DNA of 64,000 nt from Marsupella aquatica (Eukaryota > Plantae > Marchantiophyta), in the NCBI GenBank assembly GCA_973895155.1, contig OZ316893.1:8208963-8272962 (forward strand), read 5' to 3'. The first letter of the stretch is position 1. Every line of letters begins with the position of its first letter. Made by a program: the position numbers and the translations under genes. Of this stretch, positions 1 through 13,100 are shown piece by piece. The notes beneath the pieces were generated by a model. The model was not told where the DNA came from, searched no databases, and saw only the letters and a list, made by a program, of their open reading frames with translations.

Positions 1-221
1 TCCTGTCCTCTCACTCACTCGCTCAATCCACCCCTCATCCCGGCGCGTTTGCTTTTGCTGCTTTTGCAATCTCTGTCGGGCATCATAGCTGAGCCTCTGC
101 GCCATTGCCCATTCAATCCCGACGCCCTCTCGTTTCACCATCGTTTCAGTCTCTCACCTTCACTTCACTTCAATTCAATCCAATTCAGCACAGTTCATCT
201 CAGCACCGCTCTTCTTCAGCT

Positions 222-716
222 ATGGCTTCCCTCGCAGCAGTCAGCTCCTTCTCTGGATTGAAGGTCCAGAGCTTGAAGATGTCCTCCGGCGTGAGGACCG
301 CCAGCACCAGCTCGAGGGCGGCCACCGTCGTGTGCAGCGCAGGAAACCCATGGGAGAAGGTCGGAAAGGCCCTCGTCGCCACCGGCGCCGGTCTCTTGGT
401 CGCCGTGTCCTCTGCCAACGCCGTAGTTGTGAAGCTCGGCGATGACAACGGAGCGTTGGTGTTCGAGCCCAGCGAGCTCACCGTCGCTGCCGGGGAGAAG
501 ATCGTCTTCACGAACAATAAGGGATTCCCCCACAACGTTGTGTTCGATGACGAGGAAATTCCTTCAGGCGTGAAAGCTGGAGAGATCTCCAAGGAGAAGT
601 ACTTGAATGCCCCGGGCGAGACCTTCGAGGTCTCGTTGACGACTCCCGGAACATACAGCGCGTACTGTGAGCCGCACCAGGGAGCAGGGATGGCCATCAC
701 CATCACTGTGAAGTAG
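222..716 (+). CDS. PETE: Plastocyanin precursor, intronless, 164 aa
   Basis: ATG at 222 inside ORF 105..716. Ser/Ala/Thr-rich chloroplast transit peptide, then a hydrophobic lumen-targeting segment ending A-N-A. Mature domain has GFPHNVVFD and [10 protein letters not shown], i.e. the type-1 Cu ligands His, Cys, His, Met. Confidence 0.97.
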   Translation: MASLAAVSSFSGLKVQSLKMSSGVRTASTSSRAATVVCSAGNPWEKVGKALVATGAGLLVAVSSANAVVVKLGDDNGALVFEPSELTVAAGEKIVFTNNKGFPHNVVFDDEEIPSGVKAGEISKEKYLNAPGETFEVSLTTPGTYSAYCEPHQGAGMAITITVK

Positions 717-3374
717 AGAGTCCTCCATTAGAAACCGTGTATTTATCGTAACCCTCATAGTGCCGAGTGTACAGTAGAACAGGGGTTTTGTGGGTACGTG
801 ACAATGTGGGTGCTCAAAGTAGCCCATCATCATTCGGTTTGTGTTCCGATTCTGCAGAGAGTTTTTTTCCTCTTCTGCCAGGGAAGATGCAATGCGCGCG
901 GACTTTATTAAATCATGACTTTTAAAGTGAAGTGTACGATTGTTGCCTGTTTTGTGATTCTATGGAAGTTCGTACAGATCGAATGCAGCTCCCAGATTTT
1001 GCAGACTAGATGAGATTCTGTGCTATCTTCAGTGAGTCTTGACTGTGTCGCTCAAGCGCGGCCAAGAGATGATGAATTCGGTTTTGATGGGGTGACCGAT
1101 TGGTAACTCCTGCTGGGTCATCAACAGCTAGTAATGGGTAGCTTGTCGGGCAAATTAACCACCGTGAATCTGTCATTTCAGAACCTATGCCTAGGAGTTG
1201 ATATCTGTTGTTGTGCACTATCTTGTCTGAGGACAGGTGTGGGCTAAGCGAGGAAGAGAATCAGCCTACTCGAATTGTAGAACACAGGTCTTCCGAAGAT
1301 ATTTCTAAGAACATCCATCGTTGAGTCTGCCATGTATAGGTCTGACTTGTGAAAACACTCATGGATGGTTGCCCAAATGCACTGTTACCGTAATTGAGCA
1401 GTAGTAGTAAAGTAGCAGCAGCCTCGGACTTAATTGCGACCATTCCTAAGTTGTCGCTTACAAATCGCTTCGAGGCAGATTTCATCAGGAGCAACCAAGC
1501 TGAACCACAGCACAGGGTACTCATTTCTTAGACGATCTGACGGATGCGCTGAAGCTTCGTAAAGTGAGGATTGAATTGAAAGAACTTGCTTAGTATTAAT
1601 GCTGTGGATGGAAGGCATGGGAATCACCTAGCTTTGGTTTGCATAAGAAACGCGCAATTCACTCACGGATCCAACCCTGTCCCGGTACCAATTGGGCATG
1701 GAGGGTGGCATGGAGGGTCCAGTCACAATCTCCACCGTTACAGTTTGTAGCCCAAGTATTGTGTTGGGGTTCCTCCCAAGTAGTCTTCCGAGTCATTCAA
1801 TGAGGACTCGATTGCCGGAGTCCTGACACCCGGCGAGCTCCTTCCACGTAATTTGACGATGCTCTGACATAACGACGGTGCTTCAGCATGTCATAGTCAT
1901 TTGCTTTCAGTTTTAATCCTGCAGCCAAATCTGCTAGGGCGTCATTCGCTTCAAGACACCCCTCTCCCGGAACATAAATGCCCTGTAATCGTCCGTCATC
2001 GTGTTGCTATGTTCTACGAAACTTTACTTCCCTCCGGCCCTCTCGCCTCTTCTTTGTTAGAATCTCCCATCGCAATAGGCACAAAGTTGTGTGTAAAATG
2101 ATCACAAGCATCAAGCTCTCGGGGAGTGATGAGAATTCTCTTATCGTCACCATATCTTGCATCCTCCAACACCTTATCCAGAAACCCTTATCTGCAAAGT
2201 TATCTGACTGTTCTTGCCAATAAAGAATGACGGTGAGCTGTTGCGATTGTGTAGTAGGTTTTTTAGTCGATACTCTCCTCTGCAGATTGCAACTCCAGAT
2301 TGTAACCTAGTTCCCTCCGTCAAACCTGTGCGAAAAATGTGCTTCAAGATTTCGTATTGCTTCGTGGGAAATCGGATATAGAATCAACCATTGCCACACA
2401 CCAAAAGCACATGATCAAAAAGCGTTGCACTTTTCTCCACATGGCCATTAGCTCTCACAGACTCACACGAGTATTTAGCAAGCGTCGCCTCATGAGGGGG
2501 CCCTCAGAATCCTCAATCGCTTTGATGACCGCAGACTGTCACTTGTTTTTTGGTTTTATTGTTGTGACTGTCACTTGTCTATACTATGACCACATACTTG
2601 TTATCGTTGTGGTGAACGTGAATATCAGAGACTTACACTTTCTCCTCCATGTTTTTCAAGATGCTCTCGAGTTCTTGGATCAGACATCTGTCAAAAGTGT
2701 GAAGTGCACCCTAATTAATGTGAGTGAACAATTGGCATAAAACTACACTGCTCACCCTAGTTAGTGTGATGCCAAAACTAGAGTTACTAATACTAATTTG
2801 TGCAGAATGTTTTTTTATGAGGAATCACACTAATTATATTATGTATGTTAAGTCACACTATTTACGGCAAATGGAACTCATGGAAAAAACACAATTCCTG
2901 TCAACATGATACCACATTGGAGCATGTCAAATCACACAGGAGCATGTCAAATAATTTTCTGAACATAAATCAGGCTTCATTTACAGGACCCGTTAGGGGT
3001 CCTTGGCAACATTCCTGGAACCAAAGCATGCCATGTCAGCAAGGACAACAACAAACACAACATGACTATTTTTGTGTGAATTTGGGGTCATGTGGTGTTT
3101 GTTGTGTGTCATGACTTTCATCTCTTCCTGTTGTGAAACTGTTTTTTTAACTCTAAAATTTTTATTTACCTTCTTTATTTTGGTAAATTCAAAATAATTC
3201 ATTTAATCATGTATTTTCACATTAAATTCAGGGAGCCAGACAAGTCAGTGTTTAATATTAAAGGTTAGGTAAGTAACTATCCTAAGAAAACTAACCTGTC
3301 TTGAGCTAGTCACAACCACTACAAACCCAGACATCAATACTGAGAATGTATTGGAGAGAGGCCAAAGAGACATG

Positions 3375-3700
3375 ACTTTGTGATACCTCACTTGAGTAGA
3401 GACATGACATGACTTTGTGATAACTCACTTGAGTTTTCACAGATTTCCCATTTAAAAAAAATATAAAAATATAAAAATACTTGAGTAGAGACATGTGATA
3501 ACTCACCTTGAGTTTTCACGGATTTCCCATTTAAAAAAAATAGAAAAACACTGAGAATGTACTTCATAGAACGAAAACTGGGTTCTGTAGTACACGAGTG
3601 ATCTGGCTGGGTCGACGTAGAGAAAGGCACATGAACATTTTGCAAGTGAGACACAGAGGTGCATAGATTTGCAAGTGAGACATAGAGGTGCATAGATTGA
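3375..3700. repeat. Local direct repeats
   Basis: cttgagtagagacatg...ttgagttttcac.gatttcccatttaaaaaaaa occurs twice; tttgcaagtgagaca.agaggtgcataga occurs twice in tandem. Confidence 0.75.
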
Positions 3701-4303
3701 TGTAAACAGAGGAGCAATCAGGTCGATACTGCTGTAGCAACAGCTGCAATCCGATCCGGCTGTCCAGAGAAAGATCAATGCACTTATGAAGCAGGGGAGA
3801 TCTTCTTGTTCCCTTCTAGTAGTGCAAGGGTCCAGATCGAAGTTGGTCTGTCGTTTATCGTCTTCTGTTCTGTTGGACTGAGATTGTACTTGCATTGCGT
3901 GGATCTGCTACAGCTATCGAGATTTACTTGTCAAGTCTAGTTTGATCAAGGCTTGAGAAGCGTTTACGGAGGCCAAGGCAAGCAATCCATCATGTCTACA
4001 TTTTGATCCGGGCCTCATCTTTAGGTCATGGCTGTGTATGGCTCTCTGGAAGTGTTCAGCAATCAAGAATGTGCATTATGAAGCCCCCTTCAAGTCCAAT
4101 CATACAGAGAAGCAAATCATGGTACTAAGTGATGGTTCTTGACAAACTTACAGAAATTTTGGGATCATGGCCAACTCCAAACTGAGGGCCTGCTGCATGT
4201 GCCTCACAAAAGCTTAGACCCTCACATAGCAGGCAAGAATAATGCCAAAAATGTGCTGCGATCCCTACTCTGCTACTAAAAATGACTCCAAACAAGCAGA
4301 AAG

Positions 4304-4440
4304 CCCACTGGTTTGGTCTGAAGTAGCCTTGTTTGAGAGCCAATAGGTTGTCTAAAAGTTGCATAGTTACTAATGATGGCTCCCACTGGTTTGGTCTGAA
4401 ATAGACTTGTGGCTCCCACCGGTTTGGTCTGAGATAGACT
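4304..4440. repeat. Short direct repeat x3
   Basis: cccac(t/c)ggtttggtctga at ~4304, ~4382 and ~4415. Confidence 0.75.
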
Positions 4441-4592
4441 TGTCAGTAAGCCAATAGGGTGTCTCAAAGCTTCATAGTTACTAATGATAGCTTTTTGCCA
4501 AAATGTTTTGACAGGGTTGTTATGTAAAAGTCTTTTGACTTTTTTTCTTTCACTAGCTTCTACACTGACTTATAGCTACAGGCATGAAGTTG

Positions 4593-4887
4593 TGCTCTAC
4601 CACTGAGCTACAGGCCCTTCATGCCTGCTCTGTCTCTGGTTCATTTCCAACACCATCCCTTCAAGAGGGATTCCGTATACATTGTTGTGCTCAACCATTG
4701 AGCTACAGGCCCTTCATGCCTGCTCTGTCTCTGGTTGAGTGTGGTTCATTTCCAACACCATTCCTTCAAGAGAGATTCCTCTTTGGCTCTGACACCATGT
4801 TGGAACTTTCAATAAGGTGGCCTGGCTCGGAATGGAACTTAGGACCACCTGTGTACATTGTAGAGCTTACCAATGAGCTACAGGCCC
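4593..4887 (-). repeat. Three tandem tRNA-derived (SINE-head or tRNA-pseudogene) units
   Basis: Reverse complements read GGGCCTGTAGCTCAGTGGTAGAGCA (4593-4617) and GGGCCTGTAGCTCAATGGTTGAGCA (4688-4712). A near full-length degenerate cloverleaf at 4816-4887 has an A-box, a GTTCCATTCC B-box-like motif and an acceptor stem GGCCTG/CAGGCC. Confidence 0.6.
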
Positions 4888-7800
4888 TTCATGGCTGCAC
4901 GGTCTCTAGCTTGAGTATGGTTCATTTCCAACATCTTCCTGACCAGAAGAGAGTGCTCCTTCAAATCAGTGTATTATGCATATGGGAGGACCGTCCCTTA
5001 ACTGATTACGTTTGTTGATGATAGCTCAGGCCCACAGGATCTTCTGAATCTTGATTGCCTTTTAGCCAAATTTCCCGTAGGATTGGTGGGTGAATTCAAC
5101 AGGTCCACGAGTTGGAGAATTTCACGTGGTCCTTTAATTCGTGGCCATTATTAAGAGGGGAAAGAACTGATCTCACCCTGTTGAAAGTTTCGTTCATAAG
5201 TGAGTTACTCTTTTTAGAGGATAGGATCACCCAATATCAATGAAGTCCTTTCAATTTAAATCCCTTTAACGGACGTCAAGTGCCCTTCTCAATCTCCGAC
5301 TAGGGATAGAGTCGGCCTGCCTCCCCTAATGAATTAAAGTGGAGATGAGTGATTGTCTTCAGCCTTCATAAGAACATTCCAAATATACAGAAACCTTCAT
5401 GTAGAGGTTATCTCTCAGTTTCGACTCAAATGGATTAGTCTGGAATAATCCCTGGGAACGTAACAGCGAAGGACAGTGAATTGGTAAAAGCCAAAGGCCA
5501 AGAGAGAAAGGACAGAACTCGAGGAACATGGCAGAGTAGCATCAGACCAAGCTCTCTTGAAGTCATTCCCCAGTACCAAGGAAGTTTTGTGAAAATGTCA
5601 GTCTGCTATCAACCAAGGAGGTCAAAACCTCTAACTCAACCCAAAGTTCTGAATCCAACTTTGACCAATTTCAAGATCCAGAGATTGAATCGACAGGCTT
5701 GACAATAGTCTCGAAAATAGTCTTCGCACAGAGGTTGGCCTTGCAGTAGGGCCCGAGCAGCCTAAGATTTGCTTACATGTTAAGTCCCCTCACCTAGCTA
5801 TGCAGCATCAGTGACGTTTCACAGATTTTAACATCAGGTCATTCACAGGCGGGTCAGCGACAGACACGTCTTAGTATGATAAATGAAGATTTTTTTGGGC
5901 AATCTAAGACAGCTGATATTCAACGAGGATCCAGAATATTCTATGACATGTTCCTATATAGAGATCTCACCCAATTTCTATAACTTGAATTGCCCAAAAC
6001 ACTTCAATTGAGCTTTGCGCTAATTATCGACATTGAAGGCAATGTACCTTTTCCGATGACGGCCCTGGCTGTGCTTAGGCGATAGCCAACCTATCAGCTG
6101 CTTACTGACCTCTGGCGCGTTCAGCCAACCTCGTGATTGTATCTGACCCAACAGCAATGTTGACTTTATCTGACAAGGCTGCACTTGTTGGGGCTTAAGG
6201 TCCGAGCTTCTCTTGGATGTAGAAGAACAAGGGATTTGCCAATCACTTCGTAGAAAGGACCGTTTGTAATTTCCTTTCTTAAAACACTTCCGGTTGGCGC
6301 TTTTGTCACACAAAATGCTTCGGAAAGGTGGAACTTAAACACATTGCACTTGAATCCTAGAATCTGTGCCCCTTAATATCTTGCAGTGCCTGTCTTCAAA
6401 TCTCCATATCTCCCTTCATATTTCGTGTTCCACTATAAGGATGAATAGTATGCTTCCATGAGCTTTGACAATGCAAATAATCACAGACCTTCACATCATT
6501 GAGGCCCAGATTCCTAAGACTACAGTACTGCATTCACATTTATTGTAGTTCTCCACTGATTGCAGAGGCACGAACTCAACTGGAAAGCATATCCAAACCT
6601 TAAAAGTTGTGCGATGATTAAGTTTCTCAATTCACATGCAAACACACGAATGTTAAAATACCAGTTGGTGACTCCGAAGGAAATCACTCTTCCGATTGTA
6701 AGATTGAGTCTCAACTACTACCACCCGAAAATTTTATTACCCTTTTCAAAGATAAAGGGTGTTGCTGGTTTCCACTGGCACAGCTTTTCACATAGCATCT
6801 AGGGCAGTCCAACACCAAAACAAGTGAGATCCAAACTAAGGCACAAAACACTTTACCGCATTATTTCCTTTCGCAACACTTTCGATTGTGTAGCTCAAGT
6901 GGCATTTGGACTATGAAGGTACTTCATAAACCTAATCTGGTACTCAGATACATCCACTGGTTTTCAGAACAGGAAAATTGCCTCATGGTCAAGGGGGTAG
7001 GGTCTAAATGCAGTCTTGACCAGGGTGAATTAATTTGTTTCAAAATAAGTTACAATATCCCAACCCCAATTCACTAGATCCATAATGTAGTTATTGACTA
7101 ACTAGATCAGGGATGTGTAAGTTTGAGGGAGCGAAGAGAGAGTAATTGAATACTCAGCAGAATGAATTCATTGAAGAATCATACGGTCCAATGTTCCTAT
7201 TATACCTGTTCGCAGTCTTAGCAAACCTTTACTCAAAGTAGGAACACTGTACCATATGATTAATTCAATCAACTCTGTAAGATCATAAACTGTCTAGATG
7301 ATCTTAGAGCATGATCATAAACTGTCCCGAAGAAGAGAACTCGAGACATTCAAAAAGAAATTGAAGACCTAGAGTGAAATTTTGTATCACTAGCCATCAT
7401 GTAGTTATTGAACGTCAATCCTGATTACAGTACTTGAAGTCATTGCAGCTTGTGTACATAAGATCCTGTTCATCAACTGTGACCAACATTTCCACAAACC
7501 CTTGAACATTCCTTGAGCAGCACATTTGCTGAAATATTATCAACTTGCAAGAAATATGGGACGAGTTTTATACACCCAATGCTCGAGACACCCAAGTCCT
7601 CGATCATCAACTCATCCAATGGGTTCCCCTTGCTCCCCGAAAACCTTTTTCTCAAGTGCCAAATCTCAGTCTTACCTCAGCCCACGTTCTCCCCGTTACC
7701 TTAGTCCTCTTTCTCGTTCTCCTCGTTACCTTAGCCCTCTTTCTCCAAAGCATCCAAAGTATTTGTCTCCACCTCCAGAACCAGAAGTTTTTGTTGACGC

Positions 7801-8039
7801 CAAAAATGAGGTACAAGTCTTCCAAGTCTTTGGCTATCCTTCAACTAAACAAATACTGATTGAACAAATAGCAAAAGTAGGTTGTTTGCTTGATTAGAGT
7901 TTCAGAGCTTACACCACATTTAGGACCTCCTTCAAACAATTCCACAAGTAGCCTGAAAAATCGTGCAAAACGCAAGCTATAAGTAAACTATAATTGTGGC
8001 TAGTTTTGATATCAAAATAATTGATCTGGTAATTTGCTT

Positions 8040-9230
8040 GACCTTCAGCTCGTTTCAATAGCTTGTGCTTGTTAGATGTCACGTCCCAACAACAATACAA
8101 AACGCTATAGTAGTTCAGTACCGACACTGAAGGTCATCCATGTTTGTGTATATTGGCACACAGGACTTGCCGTTTGATGGAAATTGTAAGATGGCGGCCA
8201 ATGTCCACAAATCACACTCATTCCTTGGGCCCTGCCTAGGGTTCAAAGGAGAAGGAGAACTTCTGCTGCATTTCCTCACAGGCGTCCCTGGAAGTCCGCT
8301 GCAAAAACTTGTTTCAAAAATGGAGGGTTTCAGTTCTTGCCATTGTCTGGGAGATGAACAGAAAGCTCTCAGTCCTCGTGGAGCACAAATGGCGAGGAAT
8401 TTCCTGGACGTCAATCGTAAGAAGTGTGCCAAAAGATTGGCCCCACCTTGTCATCATCATCTTGTGGATGTGGCAGTTGACACTATGGATTTGCTGATCG
8501 GTGAGGCAGACGATGATGGTACTGACTACGATGCTCTAGAGGAAGCCCAACGCAGACTGGACATGGAAATGGAAGAGCATGACGGAAAGAAAACAATGAC
8601 TCTGGAGGATTACCTTGAGATGGTGAAGAAATCAACTGGGCGAATCGGTATACAAGCCCAGCTGCTGCACGAGCTTTCATTAGGAGAGGATGTCAATATG
8701 GGTATACCAGATTCAGAATTGCCTGCCTTGATTCGGATGGAAAAGTTGGGAACCGAGTTGCCCAAACTTGGTGAGTCTCAATCTAAAGATCAAGAGACAA
8801 AGGCAATCCCCAAATACAAAGGCGCCATGCGTGCGACAAGCCTTGTGATAAAGAGGCTACGGCGCATGGTGATTGCTTTTGGATCCATAACTTCACTGTG
8901 AGGCTTTCCATTGAGGCCAATGAACTGAAAGAAAGAAATTCAAAGCCCAATTCACGGACCTTCTTCCCTTCTACGAGACACTAATTGTGCACGTGCTCAT
9001 GTCCACTACACTTATCCTTCACTAGTGCTTTGCATATCTTTGTAACCGTTTGCCCTCAGTCTAGAAATGCATACTGTTACATGAAAACTGGATTTATACT
9101 CTTCTCAGATGTGACATGTGGCATGATCTCTACCGTCATTTGGGTTTGGGAATTTTGGTGCACTCATAAATCGCTAGAGTAGGCTGCTCTGTCGACAAAA
9201 CTGCAGGCTCGCCACAAACATCAATCATAT
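8040..9230 (+). mobile_element. Degenerate putative KDZ (Kyakuja-Dileera-Zisupton)-type transposase relic
   Basis: ORF 8140..8901 contains FDGNCK and IPKYKGA...MVIAFG; a downstream frame (8985..9182) has FILFSDVTCG. The order resembles the KDZ DGN.K / K..GA.GG...C.hG.v / i.YD..C motifs as recalled. Stops and frameshifts lie between the blocks. Confidence 0.35.
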
Positions 9231-10175
9231 TTCATTGTAGGCAATAACCCTAGACCAGAATACTCTTCTACTGTTTTCTTTATACTTCTTCTGAAAACAA
9301 TGCCTACATTGAACATTCTGTGTGTTACACCAAGATGCTTAGAATATTCTTAAAGTTTACATGACAGAATTCTTTATAGGTTTCACAAGGACCCCAAAAT
9401 ATTTTGTTAGTTGAACCTATTTTTTTAATGATTATTTGCTTCTGGCCCAAACAGATCGTGATGGCACAAGGGTACTACTTCTTGAGCGGAGGAATATGGG
9501 CATGGGCAAGCAAGAGTAACAAGTAAACAAAGAATAAGAGAGACTAACCACAGTTACTGGAGCCCTCTCATAGTTATTTGGTTCGAATACAACCTCACGG
9601 GTGCACCAAAGTTTCCAAACCCAAATGATTTCTGAGATGTGGACTGCATTGTGTAGGATCATAAATTTTAAGGATGGAATCCATATCATATCTATTCACT
9701 AATTTTAAGTATACACTCTTAGTCATTAGAACTGCAACATTGTGCTGAGTAGGGGAGGAAGGAAGTGCAAGGCAAGCTTAAAATAGAAGGTACTCGAAAA
9801 TATTTGGTTTTGTCATTTTACTTGTATCAAAGGAATTGTTTTTGAAAGACCTCGATCAGTTTCTAATGTTTACCTTACATATTATTTTAGCTAATTGGTG
9901 ATTTTTTACTAGTTCTTGTTCTCACTGCATTCTCAACCTTTGTCAAAGGGGTTTCCTTTTAAAAGTAATGCAGCTGGGGATCCCTCACAAAAACCGGAAA
10001 ACAAATGATCAATTGTCAAAAGAAAAAATAACTTTCTCTCAGCAGATTTTACTTGGGAACATTGTCAAAGAAAAAGCAATAAGTGGAATCTGAACAAGGC
10101 ATTCATGACTGTTTTATGTTTTCATTTACCAGGCTGGGTTAATGCACACTGAACAGCAGAATACTGATTTGAAAG

Positions 10176-13100
10176 ATGTTTACGATTGGCTCCAACATCT
10201 TGGTATGCTTTCCCTCTCATCTTGTATTTGTTACTTCAGATGGATCTGGACAATCCAAAGTGGATAGATGGAGATACACATTTGTCTTTGCTGTTATATT
10301 CACTTGGCTGCGTCCTGGAGTGCATAAAATCACATTTACACCTTATAATGCATCACTTGAATTAAAGCAATGGATTCTCCCGGAGGGAGACCACCCTGTG
10401 TGCATTGTTCAGGGACATGCTCTAAGACATGTGCATCTGCCTCTGCCTCTACCTCTACCTCCGCTTCTGCCTAGGGAAGAGGAAAATCTCTCCTGCCAGA
10501 GTGGCTTGGCCCCAGTTCTCTTAAAACAAATGTATTGTTACCATTCTTTTGGAGGAGGATTTTAAATTGTTCTGATACTGATTATCCAAACTCAAAATTA
10601 CTCTTGCTTGACTCAAACACAGTAGAAGTCAACTTTTGCTCGAGTAGTAGAGTATTTGAGGCGGCAGGATTTGACTCCCAAATTGAGTGGCTTGGATGCA
10701 ACAAAAAAAGGTTTGCAGATAGAACAGCTGTAGTAGATAAAATAGAGCGCTATTATAACTAAGAGAAACCTGCAAACTGGTTTTTAAGCACTCCTGCAAT
10801 GCTCTGCTACAAGTACTAAATAAATATACTAATTGATATTGGAGTTGGGTATGCCATATGATATCATGCACATTTAGCCCCACATTTATCACTATTGTTT
10901 CATTTTCCTCTTGACTTTGTCACAAAGTGATCAGGCTTAGTTAGAACTCAAGAAGTATAGGTCATGGACTTACTTATGAAACTGCTGTTAGTTAATGCCT
11001 TTAGTCACAAGCATGACCCCTTTCATTAGTTTCAATGTATCAATATGCTGATTGAAGCCCACTTTTGACTTACACAAATGGCTCAGGTCATTGATTCAGG
11101 TTATTTGGCAACCTCCTCCGGGAAGGTGGGTTCATCTAGAGTAGGCTCTTCAGGTGGACATTCAAGTATATATAAGTTTACTGGAGAAAAAACAGACTGG
11201 AGACTACCTTCCTCACCAGCTCAAGCTCTTGAGATGGCTCAAGCTGATCTACGCGAGCGACTAGCATTTCTCTATGAGGAACAGGTGTGATGACTATTTT
11301 CTAGCCAAGAATTACTATTAATCCTGTTTTCAATCAGGGGGCGGGGGAAGGGGAATGTACAGGGCCCCAGTTAATAAAAAAGAGGAGCACCCCAAAGATT
11401 ACAGCAAGAACTTGTTTGGATGAAGGAAGCAGGTGAAGCAAATGATTATAGTTCCACTGAACTCTTTTTACAAAATTGATATTTGAGCTCGAGGGCTCGT
11501 AGGTGTCTTGCAAGATGGGGCTAAGTGGGAGTACTTTGGGTTGCAATCAGCAGGAAATATGACTGCAATCCACCATGATTGTGACTCAAGGGTATAGATT
11601 ACATATATTTTTATAAGCAGGTGTATTGTGTTTTTTGAATGGAAAGGGGGAAACCCTGCTGGTCAGACCCGGCATGGGCGAGCTGGAAAAACCCTCAAAT
11701 TGATAACATAAGAAAACACATATGTACGTCCTGTGGGAAAAACCATCACACAAACCAAAACCCAACCGCCTCTGCCAAACACAGACAAACTTTCTGATTC
11801 ATATTGCTCTTGAACTCTCTACATGTTTAAATGTACAGAGTCAAATAAAAGACCGCCAGGAACAACTTGAGGCAGCAAAAAGGATTGTTGGCAAGAAAAT
11901 GTCAAAAACACAGGTAAGATGTGGATAGGTATGACCTATACACACTACTGAGTACAAAACCCCCCATATCCTGACCTGACCAACTATGACATGGCTGATC
12001 AAGAAATGGATGGTAGTCATTACTCTAAGATTTATTATGATTACTTAGTCATAATAATACCAGGATAAGATTGCAGGACTTTATTGTGACCAGTTAGTCA
12101 ATTTTATGACCACCATTTTTCTACTGGTGACAAATGCAATTCTAGCATTTCATCAGCAAAAACGTTTTCCTGAGTAACAGTTGCTTATAATGAGGGAACT
12201 TGAAAATATGTTTGTGTATCTGGTTTAAGGGGTGATTTTGTGAGTTTGTGCTAAAACTTTTCATAAGAAGATTGGAAACTTAAGGGAAGAAGGTGACATA
12301 ACAAGTATTGGGAATGGGAATATTAGTGGACCTGCAACACCAATTGTATTCACAATTTTCTATTTTCTGAAACTGATTAAATAACAGGTTCGAAGGCTTT
12401 CAACGTACTTGCACAACTTGAAAAGGCTGGTATTCACCTTCTACCTCAAGAGCACAACTCTCAGCTTTATACACAGACTCAATTATATGTATCATTCAGC
12501 AGGGCTTTAGTTCCATTACTCTTAAACTCTCAGGATTTTTGACCTTTTGGTTTTTCTGGGGTTTTTTTCTTGTTTGCCTCTACTAGGTCTCCTGCTTTTG
12601 GAACCCTGTCTCCCGGTTTCTTTGGTGACAGTAAATCAATGATATATAAGAAGTGTGGGTTTGAGCTTTTTCTTTCAGCAGTGTTACAGATTGTTGAGAG
12701 TAAACCCTACTATGTAGAAATAGAAGCTCCCACAGCTTGCAATGTCTGACAAGATGCTTGGATGGACAAGCCACCAAATCCTATCAAACTAAAATTTCAC
12801 TTTTTACTAGCATGGCACCTTTTGCTTGCTCAACTTTTCTGGACGTCATAAAGTACTTAAATGCTCCATCCAAGTCCTTACATCACCCATATTTTGTGAG
12901 CTTCTTGCTTAAGGACTTCACAGGGTTGTCCTTCAATTGGTAGCATGAAGAGTCCCAAGCAAGTTCATTGGAGAAGGGTTTCAGTGTATCTTTCATTAGC
13001 ACTAGCCTGAGCGCCCGTTCTTTGAATCTGTATAGAGGTGAGGACATTCAAGTCTCTGGTGTCATTTTAAGAGGTTCACCCTACCCCCTATCCTCATTTT

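Noticed and set aside
105-221. N-terminal extension of the plastocyanin ORF, and overlapping antisense ORFs
   Set aside because: The extension starts at a non-ATG codon in pyrimidine-rich 5' UTR. The ATG at 222 gives a normal transit peptide, and the antisense ORFs are shadows of GC-rich coding sequence.
1000-2740. Protein-like stretches on the minus strand downstream of plastocyanin
   Set aside because: Interrupted by many stops with no recognisable motif; cannot be assigned.
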